A DNA stretch of 63,493 bases from Octopus bimaculoides (lineage: Eukaryota): NCBI RefSeq assembly GCF_001194135.2, contig NC_068985.1, forward strand, positions 99,837,954 through 99,901,446, read 5' to 3'. The notes under the pieces were generated by a model. It did no database searches, was not told the origin of the DNA, and was given only the letters and a program-made list of their open reading frames with translations. The translations under genes and the position numbers were made by a program. Positions 37,203-51,785 of this stretch are shown piece after piece; position 1 is the first letter of the stretch, and each line of letters opens with the position of its first letter.

Positions 37203-37580
37203 GGAGGCGCAATGTCCGAGTGGTAAACGCAGCGGACTCACGGTCGCAGGATTGCGGTTTCGATTCCCAGACCGGGCGTTGTGAGTGTTTATTGAGCGAA
37301 AACACCTAAAGCTCCACGAGGCTCCTGGAGGGAGTGTTGGCAAATCCTGCTGTACTCTTTCACTACAAATTTTTCTCACTCTTTCTTCCTGTTTCTGTTG
37401 TAACTGTATTTCAAAGGGTCGGCCTTATGACACTCTGTGTCACGCTGAATCTCTCCGAGAACTACGTTAAGGTTACACGTGTTTGTGGAGTGCTCAGCCA
37501 CTTGCACGTTAATTTCACGAGCAGGTTGTTCTGTTGATCGGATCAAATGGACCCCGCGTCGTCGTAATCGACAGAGTTCT
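37203..37580 (+). mobile_element. SINE family C, full length (tRNA-derived, possibly octopus OR-type)
   Basis: Head GGAGGCGCAATGTCCGAGTGGTAAACGCAGCGGAC...GGTTTCGATTCCC with A/B-box-like motifs; the 3' end matches 45329-45378. Confidence 0.8.
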
Positions 37581-40311
37581 ACGACGACTACCGTAATTAT
37601 AGATAAATTTTGGAATTACAGGTTTTGGGTATGTCTCCTATGACTTCTTCGATTAAAGTTACCCTATTAAGTAATGCATTACTCTCTTTGCTAATGGCGT
37701 AATTATGATCGGCCTCTACTTTAACGTGAACAAGGGTTCATGTGTCTCTTTCTCCACTCATTCTCGAAACATTTCATGATTATTCTTCTTTGCAAACTTA
37801 TACCTAATTAAATCGCTCGTAATAGATATCATGTTTCTCATCAGATAATCTATATTTTAAAAAATAATTTGTGAATAATTTCTTTGTTATATTTTAAAAT
37901 AAAATAGTCTATACATTTAATACTAGCATTGGCATAGCTTTTATGATTGTCTGTGGTTATGGCTGGATATCGGTGTGTATGGGTTATTTATATTTCTATC
38001 ACAATAATTATTTCACCATTCTTGACAGTTTTGTGAATTTTATATATTTATAATTACATATACTTTATTTTTGTTTCATATTCCTGATTCTATATTTCTA
38101 CGTTATTTTGATGTTATAGCTCTTTATTTTAAGATGTTGATCAGCTTATTTTTATTCTTATGTAGCTTTACTATTTTGTTTTGACATCTAATTCAGTTTT
38201 GTTAAATATTGTATCTATAATTATACTATAAGAACATTTTCTAAGATTGCTGTTAAGTGTTTATTACTCACCTCACCCTTGTCAGCACGATTTAAATCTT
38301 TGCATTATGGAAATAGCGAGGCCGAAGTGCAATTACTGTTTCAATCAGAGATATTTTTTGCACCAGGTCATACATGATGAGACAAACCGATAAATCATCA
38401 TGTTAACATCTGGAGGGATGAGTGGTAACTAGGACTAGAATTATCAAATATGAGCCTTTCCATATTAAGAAGAGCGAGTATTTGTTTAAGGAGTTACTCC
38501 TGGGCTCAAGTGTATAATGGTCCACTACATTCGACGGCTTCTCTTAGCATATAGTAATGCTTTCAAGCATTTACACACATAGACCATAAGAATATCGTTC
38601 ACATCTCTTTTATGTTCAAGCGTTCAAACAAGTTTTTTTTCTGTCAGTATCAGTGTAGTTGCTCTTCAAACTAGAATCTGCTCTAGGTCATACAGCCATC
38701 GCATCTCATCGGTTTACTTAAGAAATACGCACATTTGCTGTACAACATTTGACTAGTTGCTCCCAACATCAACAATTACATTTGTTTTAGCAACGACGTC
38801 ATACATGAGTGGCATAGATTTAAAAGAACGGATATATATTTCCTTTTACAAAATATAGTTTTACTTCTATTTTTTTTCTAGGCTTTCCGATGTTTATATG
38901 TTTTTGCCAATGCAAAAACATATATGTCCTTCGCCATATTCATTTATGTTTTATAACCTTGTAACTGTAACAAAGTCCAGCCATAAACGTTCAGGTTCCT
39001 GTAACACATAATTTATAAACACCGGATATCAGGTTTCTACAGCACATATTGTGGGTAGATTTGATTGATATACCGAACCCGGCATATGAGGAGAAATATT
39101 CTCGTTAATCTTGCTATTGTTACATTTTACTTAGTTGTTGATATGTATCCTGTGTGTTTTTTTTCTTTATTTATTCAGAAATATTTTATTCAAGATTGTA
39201 TTATTCTATGTGCCCTTCCTGATCTTGTAAAATGTGGATGAGATGCGCAGGACATTTAGCTTCTCTGTTTCTTGTACATATCACTATGAGACTTAACTGA
39301 CAGATTTTATGATTCATTACATTCCTCACAAGCCCTTCGATGCACACAGGGTTTTTCTTTAATATCTCAGGTTGTGAGTTACGTGGATGTTGCTGCTATT
39401 TCGAATACATTAGTAGTCGTGCGGCTGCTGATTATTGCATTTCAAGGCATAGTTCTGATTTTCAGTTGCAATGATTCGTAGAGCTGGTGACATAAAATGG
39501 CAGCTTGGTCCAGTAGCTTTTCTTCAATTCTACTCGAACCATCCTTATAAAGAGCGAAATTCTATAATCAATTCACAATCTCAACATGACGTCATGCAAA
39601 CTTTATAACTGAGCTAGCAAGAGCAATAACATTCTTTCCATTTGAAATTATCTTGCAAATGGTGTATTTGATTCTCTAGTAGTACATAAATCATTTGAAT
39701 ATCGCTTCGTTGTATAATTAAGTACATTCTTTACTGGGTACTCAAAACGAGAAGATAGCGGTGATATTCATGCATTATTCGATTTACTTTAGTATCACCT
39801 TTCTTGCGTTGCACCTACTAAATAAGCAGACGATTCTAATGCATTGCAAATAATTTACTTCCAAAAGTGTGCACAACAAATACATAGTGGCTTTTACTGT
39901 GTATTAACTGCCATATAAAATTCCCAACAATGAATTATTAAAACGTCTCTATAAAATTATGCTTCTAATTATTTCATTCTTAATGATATTTCATTAAATA
40001 TCTTCTTAAGGTTATCTCTACGGATCTCCTAGAGAAATTATAGCCAGCGCTGAATTTGTAAGGGTGTTTCGTATCCGCGTCGCCTGGTGTAAACAAAAAC
40101 AATGAGATTGAAAATGAAAAATGGGTAATGGGCATATATGCCATATTTGGGGGCCGGGGTTTCGCTCATCCATCAGCACCCATCTCAAACATTAATCGCC
40201 CAAGGGTTCATTCCTTTAATAGTCAGTATATATGATAGTTTAACGTTATTAGATATAACAATTTTACATATTAAACGTATTCCTAGAACCTGGTATGTAA
40301 ATATTCTTAAT

Positions 40312-40733
40312 GCAGGAGTGGCTGTGCGGTAAGTAGCTTGCTTACCAATCACATGGTTCTGGGTTCAGTCCCACTGCGTAGCAACTTGGGCAAGTGTCTT
40401 CTGCTATAGCCTCGGGCCGACCAAAGCCTTGTGAGTGGATTTGGTAGACGGAAACTGAAAGAAGCCCGTCGTATATATGTATATATATATATATATGTAT
40501 GTATATGCGTTTGTGTGTCTTCTGTGTTTGTCCCCCCACCATCGCTTGACAACCGATGCTGGTGTGTTTACGTCCCCGTAACTTAGCGGTTCGGCAAAAG
40601 AGACCGATAGAATAAGTACTAGGCTTACAAAGAATAAGTCTTTGGGTCGATTTGGTCGACTAAAAGGCGGTGCTCCAGTATGGCCGCAGTCAAATGACTG
40701 AAACATGTAAAAGAGTAAAAGTGTAAAAAGAGT
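40312..40733 (+). mobile_element. SINE family A, full length
   Basis: Collinear with 22040-22452 over its whole length. Confidence 0.93.
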
Positions 40734-42721
40734 GTAAGGACACTATATTTTGTTATGCAACAATTATGCTGACTATAATTTCTATTGAAAATCTGTAGAG
40801 ATAAGCTAAACTAGTGATGTAACAGCACTGCTAACACAGTAGAACATGTTCTTGAATTATAAAAGATTTTAATATACTTCGTAGAATATTATGGTTGCAT
40901 AACAAAATACTGTCTCCCTACACGTCATTAATATTCACTAAAGCTATACTCTAAAGAAAATATAAGGCATAACGTAAGGTCCTTCTGTGTTTTGTTTTTT
41001 AAATGATATCAAAATTTGTAAGAAGCATCATCGTACATTGCTTACTTAAACACGGAAAATCAATTGTTCAAGTGCATTTTCGCGGTGAAAATACAACAGG
41101 TTGCTCTCATCGTAGAGAATAAGTATATCAATAAATTCGTTTCGTAAACCATGGTTTCGATAGCATCTCTGTAAAACTAATGTGCCTGGTTGAAAGTTAT
41201 GAATGGACATAACCACAGACACACATGCATACATACAAACATACATACATACTGCATAAATACAGACATNNNNNNNNNNTATATATATACATACATACAT
41301 GCATACGTAAGTACAAATGCACATATACCCCCCACATATATATGTATATATACAAAAATACGTATATACATATGTGTGTGTGTTTGTGTGAGATTGTAAA
41401 GTATCTAAGCATAAATGTATATATTTACTAACATAATATTACACAGAAGTATAGTCGTGTATTGGAACTGCAGGCAAATCTCTATAGCCACTTGTGATTT
41501 GTAAATTCAACACCAAATCTTATAATACATGAAATATGCTGTAAAGTGCTTCTTTAAAACTTTTCTTACTGCATGATTGATCTTGGAAGAGATAAAATGT
41601 AAAACACGTGGGAAAATGAACACTTTAATTTTTATATGACGTTTGAAATTGATTTTTAAGTAAATTGCACTAGATATTTCAAACATATTAAGCATAACAG
41701 GACGCATAAGGGTCCCATGCAATGTGCAAAGTATGATGTAGAAAATCCCCTACAAGCCCTGTTAAAAAATTAGTTAGAAACAGTTATAAAACTAAGGACC
41801 GATGAATTAGGTGGGTGTTTTAATTTCATTTCAATTTAAATACTTAAATGATATGATAATTTTCAACGTTTCAACATGTACTTGTCGAATGAATTCTTTG
41901 ATAATTAGGCGAGGTTTTTATAACATTCACAGTTATGTTTTTTTTTCTTTCTGCTGTACATAGCTGGCAACATTTGCAGCCATTGTCATAAGTTCTAAAA
42001 TATTAAGAGGTTTGCTATATGTAATTAGATTAAATTGTTGCTTTGTTGTAGTCGATAAACCTAGAAGAAGCAAAGTGTTGATGTGTCATATGCAAAAGTG
42101 TCCTTTACCTTTTCTATATCACATTTTCTATTGTATTATGTGCATTTGATACGGTAGAGCTAATTACGGTGTCATACATTAGTGACACAATATATATACA
42201 TATATATATTTATATATATATATATATNNNNNNNNNNNNNNNNNNNNNNNNNNNNNNNNNNNNNNNNNNNNNNNNNNNNNNNNNNNNNNNNNNNNNNNNN
42301 NNNNNNNNNNNNNNNNNNNNNNNNNNNNNNNNNNNNNNNNNNNNNNNNNNNNNNNNNNNNNNNNNNNNNNNNNNNNNNNNNNNNNNNNNNNNNNNNNNNN
42401 NNNNNNNNNNNNNNNNNNNNNNNNNNNNNNNNNNNNNNNNNNNNNNNNNNNNNNNNNNNNNNNNNNNNNNNNNNNNNNNNNNNNNNNNNNNNNNNNNNNN
42501 NNNNNNNNNNNNNNNNNNNNNNNNNNNNNNNNNNNNNNNNNNNNNNNNNNNNNNNNNNNNNNNNNNNNNNNNNNNNNNNNNNNGCAAAGTGTTGATGTGT
42601 CATATGCAAAAGTGTCCTTTACCTTTTCTATATCACATTTTCTATTGTATTATGTGCATTTGATACGGTAGAGCTAATTACGGTGTCATACATTAGTGAC
42701 ACAATATATATACATATATAT

Positions 42722-42817
42722 ACGTCTACCAAATCCACCCACAACGTTTTGGTCGGCCCGAGATTATCGTAGAAGACCTTTCCCAAGGTGCCACGCAGTG
42801 GGACTGAACCCGAACCC
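42722..42817 (-). mobile_element. SINE family A fragment abutting (TA)n
   Basis: CGTCTACCAAATCCAC...CCCAAGGTGCCACGCAGTGGGACTGAACCC. Confidence 0.85.
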
Positions 42818-44284
42818 ATACGAACTATTGGACAACGGATATGATGGAAGATGATATTTTCTTATCGTTTGTGAGAACTCGAAAGCATTTGGGAGGCTCA
42901 GAAAAAATCACTTTACCACTCTGTTACGGAGATGTTTCTTTAATGCGTTTATGACACCGTTTCAAAGGAAGAATATGACACTTGAATAACTTCAAAACTT
43001 TCTATATCCTGTACATGTACACCGAAACTACATTTTGAAACGAGGTAAGCATATAAAGCTAATTACTGTAGAATACAAGAAAATTACTTTCAATTTCTAA
43101 CAGGTAACAGTTTCTTCTGTTACATTTCCATGCTCTCTATTAGCAGATTCGGATGCCATAGTCCAGGTATGTTCTATATTTGTAGAGTGATACGATATGA
43201 TTAGTTAATTAGCAACGCAGCTATTAATATCATATATCATGTCCATCGATATAATTTACGTTTAGTCTATTAATTTATTGATGACTTCAAGAATCTTCGT
43301 TTTGGAGTCGTGTTATTTTGGAAGAACCGCGTACGAATGATTTCGAAAGTCAAATTAAATGAATTCGAGTAGGATTGAAAATAGAAATGAAAAGAAAAAA
43401 GGCAGAGAAATTTTGCAGCTAACTTTTTAAACAGAGAGCACAGTGTTGCTTTTAACGGATATATTTTGGCAGTTAGCTGCTAATTGCATTGGCAAGGACA
43501 TCATTTTCGTAATTTCCTGTTCTTGGTAAAAATAAGCGTTCATTCGAATGTAAGAAATCATAATAATTATGAAGACCAATTGAACACTTATTTTTCCTTT
43601 ATTTTCAGTGTATATAAAATATGTAATCTTAAATAATGGATCAAGACAACGATGGTATATTTTAGCATCATATTCTAAAATTATTAAACATCATCGACCA
43701 GCATATGGTTTCATATATGAACGTATCTCCAGTTATACATATGCAGAAAACTTGAGCATCGGAATGTAAAATCTGATCATAAAAGAGGAAACAATGTAAA
43801 TTAAACAAAACAAAGAAAGAAATGTACTGATACGTGTAAGAAGCATCTCAGAAAAGATTGATTATAGGGAATACAATTTCAGAAATATCTTCTTTTTCTA
43901 TTATGCTATGTTATGTTATTTTGATTACAGATCGGGAAACAAAATGCTTTGTGCATGCGCACAAACATGCATAATAACATGCCAACAAGCGGAGAAATCT
44001 TAACTTTTATTCAAACGTATGTATATGTGTAATTGCAAATACTAGGGCCATGTACTTATATACATATGTAAACATATGTGCATACGTGTGTGAGTGTGTA
44101 TACGTGTTTATGGGTGTGTAAAGACTGGATTATGATTAGGCCTAATCGTATAGCTTTTAAGTATCAGAAATATATACGTGTATACGTACGGTTCGAGATT
44201 ATAAAGATGCACATATATGTTGCATTTGGATATGGTACACGTTGCTCTTTCGATACCTAGATAAACAAAATACAAGTTCTATAT

Positions 44285-44488
44285 ACTTTTATTCTTTTAC
44301 TCTATTATTTGTTTCAGTCAATTGATTGTAGGCCCGCTGGAGCACGGCGCTTTTTTTTCGAAGAAATCGACCTCTGGGCTTAGCTTATTCTTTGTTAGCC
44401 TGGTGCTTATTCTACTGGTCTGTTCTGCCGCACCGCTAAATCAGGGGGACGTAAACACACTAATTTCAGTTGTCAAGCGATGGTGAGG
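44285..44488 (-). mobile_element. SINE family A 3' half, degenerate
   Basis: TTTGTTTCAGTCA...GCTGGAGCAC...GGGGACGTAAACACAC...GTTGTCAAGCGATG. Confidence 0.75.
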
Positions 44489-45080
44489 TGTGTGTTCGAA
44501 ACATACGCGTAGGTAAACGCTATTAGTCATTGCGCGATGATTGCTATAAACTTTAAGCTTTTAAAACACTATTATTATTATTTACAGAATTGTAAAAAGG
44601 GACGCTGCTTAATAAAGCCATATGTATATAAAGAGAAACCATAAATATTTAAATGTTATAAAGGGCAAATAATAGACGTGAAGACATCCAAAATCGCTTC
44701 TAATTACTTTCATTACACAACATACCTTATAAGATGTACGGAAATACAACACATTATGAATTAGACAAAGAGTACTATCAAACTAAAGGATATATATATA
44801 TATATATAAAAACATGAAAAACATGATTACTTAACACTGATAATCCCATAACATTAATAGTTAGTGTTTGTAAAATATAAGAAAGGGTGGGTCTGGATTT
44901 CACTGCTAAGATAAATATTTATTGAAACAACCGAAGGAATCATTTAACAATTCGGGATTTTTAGGTATATAATCACGGCACAAAAAAGGATTCACAAAAA
45001 TCATTATCAAATGATGTAGAAGTTCATCCATACATATTAAGATGCAGGATTCTGAAATACATATTATGTAGAATATCTAG

Positions 45081-45123
45081 ATTTGACGGATATTTGTCCT
45101 CATCTTGTTTGCTGTTAACACAA
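45081..45123. mobile_element. Terminal fragment of the 34307-35192 palindromic family
   Basis: ATTTGACGGATATTTGTCCTCATCTTGTTTGCTGTTAACACAA, near-identical to 34317-34360. Confidence 0.8.
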
Positions 45124-45328
45124 TGAGGTGCCAAGTGATCTAAATTGAGAAACTAATGCATGACCACATGGTATATTAACAAGTAACACAAATACATACT
45201 TCTAAGTTGTTGATATTATTTATTAACACGCTCTGCTATACTTCGGTGCATGAGGGTGTTTTCGGCTCTTTCAGTGCGAGTGTGTGTCTCTCTGTGTTGG
45301 TGCATCTGATAAAAATATAAATATTACT

Positions 45329-45378
45329 GGAAACACGGTTACGAGAACAAATATTCCAGTTCATCCGATCAACAGAAC
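45329..45378 (-). mobile_element. SINE family C 3' fragment
   Basis: Reverse complement GTTCTGTTGATCGGATGAACTGG matches about 37528-37550. Confidence 0.6.
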
Positions 45379-45684
45379 TAAATACACCAACCATGAAGCT
45401 ATGGACCTTCAGATGAGTATGAATAAATGACTGTTTGATATAATCGTACCTAAAACTTTTTACTGTCTAACTTTTCAGCTGCCTTATTTAACAATAAGAA
45501 TTATCGTAAAGTTCAACACAGTTAAATGAGAAAAACGCATTCATCTATTTCTCATCATCGTTCAGACATCTCAGCCCAGATACTCACCTCTGGCAATTCG
45601 TTCATCGAACTTCAGCTCATGACAAATATCTTCCTAAGCAATTGAAATGAAACACTAAAAAATATAGTCATTTAAAAAAACAAT

Positions 45685-45838
45685 TCTATGGCCACGAATT
45701 TTGAAAGGATGATTATATTGGCCCCCAGTGCTTGGCTGGCTACTTATTTTCTCGACCTCGAAAGGATTAAAAGGGTAAGTCAATGTTGATGGTATTTGAA
45801 CTCAGATCTTAAAGATGGACGTCGTACCGCTAAGCGGT
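45685..45838 (-). mobile_element. SINE family B, degenerate
   Basis: CCCCAGTGCTTGGCTGGCTACTTATTTTCTCGACCTCGAAAGGAT...TTTGAACTCAGA. Confidence 0.65.
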
Positions 45839-46616
45839 ACCATAATATTTTTTTAAGAGATGTCGGTATTTCATGGGCTGATTCTCTTTGAACTTGAATC
45901 GGTTCCGAAGCGGAGAAACAGACGCAAGTAACATATACAAGAAAAGATTAAGAAATATATATTCAGAGCACTCAAATTGCATTCTTTGGAAAGATTAAGA
46001 TCGGGAAGGTGAATTCGATATGTAATGATATTAAATTTTACTTGTTACAGTAATCGACCGAAGCGTTGCTGAGTACATTTTATATCAAAATTAATTTACC
46101 TTTTTTCTTTCAATCTTTCATCTTGACAGTGTTTTAATTCATCTTTGACTTGCACGCGCGATCGATGAATTTCCATTTTTCTTTACTATTTATCTAATGA
46201 TAGAATATCACCATATCTTTCATAATAAAGGAAAGCAACGTATACACTAAAAACTTGTATGATGTATATATATATGTATATACATATATATATATATATG
46301 TGTGTGTCTCTGTGTGTGTGTGTATGTACGTATGTGAGCGTGTTTGTATGCGTGTTTCANNNNNNNNNNNNNNNNNNNNNNNNNNNNNNNNNNNNNNNNN
46401 NNNNNNNNNNNNNNNNNNNNNNNNNNNNNNNNNNNNNNNNNNNTATGTATATATATGTATAAATATGTATATATATATATATGTGTGTGTCTCTGTGTGT
46501 GTGTGTATGTACGTATGTGAGCGTGTTTGTATGCGTGTTTCATTGCGTGCTGTCTAGTTTCCCCTTTCTTTCTCCCACTTTCTCTATCGTTATCTCTCTG
46601 TCATTTTCTCTTTCTT

Positions 46617-46656
<40 letters not shown>

Positions 46657-46667
46657 TCTCTCTCTCT

Positions 46668-46731
<64 letters not shown>

Positions 46732-48321
46732 TGTGTGTGTGAATGTGTATGTACATATTCATATGTACGCACAAATATATGCACAAACACTCACACAAGC
46801 ATAGACACACATAAACACACACAAACACATACATATGTATATGTATATTGATTAGATGAGAAATGCACGCGAATAATATATTTCTAATACGTGAATCAGT
46901 TTAATAAGTTGAGGAAAATGAATAAGATATAAGACGTGTATACTAAATAATGAGATGTTGGACAGCAATAAAGTACTTATAATGAGATACTGGTCGCTAT
47001 ATTACGAGCAAAACTGAACTAATGGACAAGGAAATGTCACATTTAGTACGGATTAAACTATAAATAGCGTTAACGATGCACAAGTAATACCCAGGTAGGG
47101 GTAGTGTACATCAACGTTAGACCAAAGAGAAAATATTGTTATTAATAGGAGAAAAGACTTAACGAATCTTCTTAGTTCTCATGATTGCGTGTGATTGTGT
47201 GTTTCTGCTTTAATTCCTTGTATAATGTATAACCAACTTCATGTTGGCAGAAGAACTGTGTCTTAATAATGGGAAAACAAAGCACACCCGCTTTTCCCTA
47301 AAGTAACCATCTTAAAGATGTCTTGCTACATTCTGAAGATTATACAAAACTCATAGACCATCAGACATTGGAAGCAATGAAAAAGTTCTATAAACGGTGT
47401 TAGGAATTTGGATATCATACTATAATTGATTGAGGGTTTCACAGGTGAGAACTGAGTATTCTTTGAGATTTTCACGCCGGAATTTTCACGTAGTGCGCTA
47501 TTGACTGTATTTTTTTAAATATATCTTTTGATATATCTTCGTACGTTTCGAAATCCTGGGTGAACTCTTGTAAAAGGCCTTTATGATTAATTCTATATTC
47601 ATGAGGTGTATACACGGAAATCACCTATTTTTGTAGGAAATGTTTCAAACAAGAGTCTTAATTTCATGTTCTCCCTCACGTGTAGGTTATGTGTGACTAA
47701 TTGCAACTGATCAACTAAAGTTTCGGTACAGATATATTACATCCACATTTACTTTATTTAACATATTCACCTCTTATTAAGATGGTAAGTTAAATTCGAA
47801 GGCAATGGCTAGCTATAGTTCTTACTTTATAACCGTTCAGTAAAACAATACCTTTTTATCTCCTGGTCGAAGCATTAGAATTAAAAGATATTATGTCGTA
47901 GAATAGGCAGAAAGAGAATGGATACAAATACTGCAGCCAATACGCTACAAGATAGGAGAAGGTAAAGTTCCAGGAGAAATGTCAGAAATATAGAATAGGT
48001 AGGCTTAAATTGCCTACAGCACTATTTAATCATCTACTGGAGAAGCATGATATAACACAGTAATGGCTTGCTGGCTGAAAAAGTCATTTTAATATCAATA
48101 TGACCGCAAGCAATCGTGATTTTAACGAAAAATAGCCAGTTTGTGTATATCATTCGAAACATTTAACAGCACTATTATTGCAACTGATAAAGTCTCACCT
48201 GAAACGAAAAACTACAACATACTTCGAATAAAGTAAAACAGGTATAACCACGGCTTGTATAATAATAAATGATAGAAACAGGTAATCAAATTTCTCCCTG
48301 GATATATAGGCTGTGCGATAT

Positions 48322-48556
48322 ATATGTTTCATTATTGCCAACAGGGGGCTAAACATAGAGTGGACAAACAAGGACAGACAAAGGGATTAAGTCGATTACA
48401 TCGACCCAGTGTGTAATTGGTACTTATTTCATCGATTCTGAAAGGGTGAAAATCAAAGTCGACATTGGCGCAATTTGAACTCAGAATGTAACGGCAGGCG
48501 AAATACCGTAAAAAGTTTCCTCCGGCGTGCTAACGCTTCTGCCAGCGTGCTGCCTC
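48322..48556 (-). mobile_element. SINE family B, full length, with a Tx1-like tail
   Basis: Complete head and body in reverse complement; tail TTTGTCCACTCTATGTTTAGCCCCCTGTTGGCAATAATGAAACATAT. Confidence 0.9.
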
Positions 48557-48560
48557 CACG

Positions 48561-48605
<45 letters not shown>

Positions 48606-49954
48606 NNNNNNNNNNNNNNNNNNNNNNNNNNNNNNNNNNNNNNNNNNNNNNNNNNNNNNNNNNNNNNNNNNNNNNNNNNNNNNNNNNNNNNNNNNNNNNN
48701 NNNNNNNNNNNNNNNNNNNNNNNNNNNNNNNNNNNNNNNNNNNNNNNNNNNNNNNNNNNNNNNNNNNNNNNNNNNNNNNNNNNNNNNNNNNNNNNNNNNN
48801 NNNNNNNNNNNNNNNNNNNNNNNNNNNNNNNNNNNNNNNNNNNNNNNNNNNNNNNNNNNNNNNNNNNNNNNNNNNNNNNNNNNNNNNNNNNNNNNNNNNN
48901 NNNNNNNNNNNNNNNNNNNNNNNNNNNNNNNNNNNNNNNNNNNNNNNNNNNNNNNNNNNNNNNNNNNNNNNNNNNNNNNNNNNNNNNNNNNNNNNNNNNN
49001 NNNNNNNNNNNNNNNNNNNNNNNNNNNNNNNNNNNNNNNNNNNNNNNNNNNNNNNNNNNNNNNNNNNNNNNNNNNNNNNNNNNNNNNNNNNNNNNNNNNN
49101 NNNNNNNNNNNNNNNNNNNNNNNNNNNNNNNNNNNNNNNNNNNNNNNNNNNNNNNNNNNNNNNNNNNNNNNNNNNNNNNNNNNNNNNNNNNNNNNNNNNN
49201 NNNNNNNNNNNNNNNNNNNNNNNNNNNNNNNNNNNNNNNNNNNNNNNNNNNNNNNNNNNNNNNNNNNNNNNNTATATATATGTTGGGAATTGTTTTAAAA
49301 ATAGCCACGAAGGGATACGATATTTAGACCGAGACCGATCAACTATTCAAAAATAAATGAATTACTGTACATTAATCGGAAAGTAATGAGGATTTTAAGG
49401 GAAAATTACGCTACATAAAATTTATTCCAATAGAGCTAGATGCAAATAACGTAATACATATAAAATTACTGGCTGTAACAATGAATCACTTATAGATAAC
49501 TCATTCTCCACTGGATTCTAAAACAATGCGCAAGTACGAAAAATAAGCAATATGAGTCCGCGTCGTATATACAGCCCATAATCCTAAATAGAAAGTTCAC
49601 GTTTACGTTAATACATGAACGTCCATCTTTTCTACAACTACAGTATTATTGCAAAATATTAACCCATATATGCCCATAAAAATGACACCTTAAAATTTCA
49701 CTGTATTTAGATTAAACGTTATGGTAAGCTTTCACTATCTGGAAGTGAAAGGCATTAGCAATTGTTAGCTACGAGTGTCGACTACCTACTGAACATTTCG
49801 TATGCTTAGTGAGATGTTTCCCGGTGAGTTCATGTCCAAACAAGTAGGGCAGGTTTTGCGTTGTAAAAACGCAACCAGGTGTATATATGGGTTTTAACAG
49901 CAAGACAAACTTTGAATTTAGTAAATAGTCGTTTCTACTGTAGACGAAAGGACC

Positions 49955-50110
49955 GAAATTATGGGAGAGGAAGCTAGTCGCCCCTAATGGCTGGACGTTA
50001 TGTTATAGAACCCGAAAGGACGGGATTCAAAGTTGATCTCGGCAGAATCAGATCTCAGTATGCTAAGCACTTTGTTCGGCTTGCTAACGATTCTGCCAAA
50101 TTGCCGCCTT
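49955..50110 (-). mobile_element. SINE family B, degenerate
   Basis: CCCGAAAGGA...GCTAAGCACTTTGTTCGGCTTGCTAACGATTCTGCCAAATTGCCGCC. Confidence 0.65.
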
Positions 50111-51631
50111 ATATTTAGTAAATGATTTACTTCAAATCGCTACGAACTACAAGGTGAATCTAATTTCGGTATTCTGGAACAAAATAGGTAATCGTGTATA
50201 GAACAAAGAGGAGTGCAACTATTTTTCTGAGGATGGAAAAACGAAGGACATTTCTAATGATAAATGAAAAGGTTGAAAGGAAAATAAAATTTTGAATTTT
50301 CAGGCAAGCAAAGCGATTGCATAACAAATGTAGAGCGAAACTGGACATCGTAGATTGACAAAGAAAACAACGCAAAAATCAAACCAGTGAGGTTAAACTG
50401 AGTAGATTGAATGAAGTAGATTGTAAAGTCTTACTGTAGAATTTGTGAAGACTATAATGAAGGAATCTCATTGTTCTCGCTGACAAATTGTGAAAAGTAA
50501 ATAAAGACACAAGCATAGCAGTGTTGTTCTTTTAACCGTTTGTTAAAAACTACGACATACGTGTAGACTTACACCAAAAACTATACAATTTAAGTAGACT
50601 GCGAAAGGATGCAGAGAATGACAACCGTAATCATACTGTCAATTGAAGCACACAGGTCGACAAAAGAGATTTGTCCCGACATTGTCAAAGTTCCACAAAC
50701 GAGATGTTTCCTAATTCATTTCTCAATTCCAACGATAGATTGAAGCCTCAGAAATATACGATATACTTCATTGCAGAGAGCTATTATAAGACTTGAATAG
50801 AATTCAGTGATTGAGAGCAAATACACGTTGGAGTTAATAGCTGCTTTAGCATAATAACAAAAGATGCAGACAAGGTTTATGAAAACGGCACGTTTTAGAA
50901 ATATACACAACACAGAGACAATTGAGAGGTTGAGAAACCTAGATATATTACATCAATACGTATCAAACCTCAAGCATAGCACATAATCCCAACAGAAATA
51001 TATGTATTTTGTGCAAAAGAATACAGCCACAAACTCTAAAAAGAAAGAAAAAAAGAGCATAATTGGCGTGATCAAAGAGAATAAGATGTCGGAAGTAGTC
51101 TTATTGGGTTCCTTAAGTAATACCGATGGATTAGAAAAGATAACCGAAAGGAATATATGTTTCCGAGAATCGCTTATATAATCAAGATATCAGTAGATAA
51201 TGGTATACAGGAATTAACAAAATATATCGGATATAACAGTATTTAAAACATGGAACTGTGTTAGGAAATACGAATGGGAGCCAATGTGGAAAAGAAATAT
51301 GAATATCATACAGATAAAAGCTTAAAAACCAATCGGAAACAACAGTTAAAAATTAAATGGCAAAGAGGAAAAGAAAACCTGCAAGACGTCGACATCGAGA
51401 GATAAATAGTAATGATAATACGAGAAAAATAATGAATCTGATTGAGATATAGTGGTCTGTGTAGACTATCATGCATAGTTGGGCATGTGCGTGTGTGTGT
51501 TTGCGTGTGTGTATGTGTGGGCATCATAAAAAGAAGAATTAAACGAAAGATAATGAAAAAGTGCATCATCCTAAATATGGGAAATATGTCAAATTAGAAA
51601 AAAAGACGTTGCTAACATTAAATTGTGTGAT

Positions 51632-51785
51632 TTGAGGCTTCGAGCTGGCCGAACCGTTGGCAGTCGGGACAAAATGGTTAGTAGCGTTTTCTCCGTTTTT
51701 AGATTCTGAGGTGACATTCTGTGGAGGTCAACTTTGCATATCGTCCTTTGGATATCGATGAAATAAGAACCATTCAAGTACTTAC
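51632..51785 (+). mobile_element. SINE family B, highly degenerate
   Basis: GAGCTGGCCGAACCGTTGGCA...GAGGTCAACTTTGCATATCGTCCTTTGG..TCGATGAAATAAG. Confidence 0.6.

Noticed and set aside
37203-37275. tRNA genes at SINE heads (also 22040, 40312, 34498-34640)
   Set aside because: They have A/B boxes but no complete cloverleaf with a paired acceptor stem, and each continues into a repeated SINE body.
42070-42722. ~140-bp direct repeat on both sides of a gap (42070-42227 and 42584-42722)
   Set aside because: Near-identical sequence ending in (TA)n on each side of an N-run is a typical unmerged contig overlap, not an LTR or true duplication.
43147-43166. 20-nt microexon-like segment with good AG/GT signals
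   Set aside because: Too short to separate from chance without RNA data.
46258-46541. ~100-bp direct repeat flanking a small gap
   Set aside because: Same gap-flank overlap artefact within low-complexity sequence.
50160-51480. A-rich plus-strand stretch suggesting a very old LINE
   Set aside because: Only vague motif hints (LKIKWQ); I could not build a collinear alignment.
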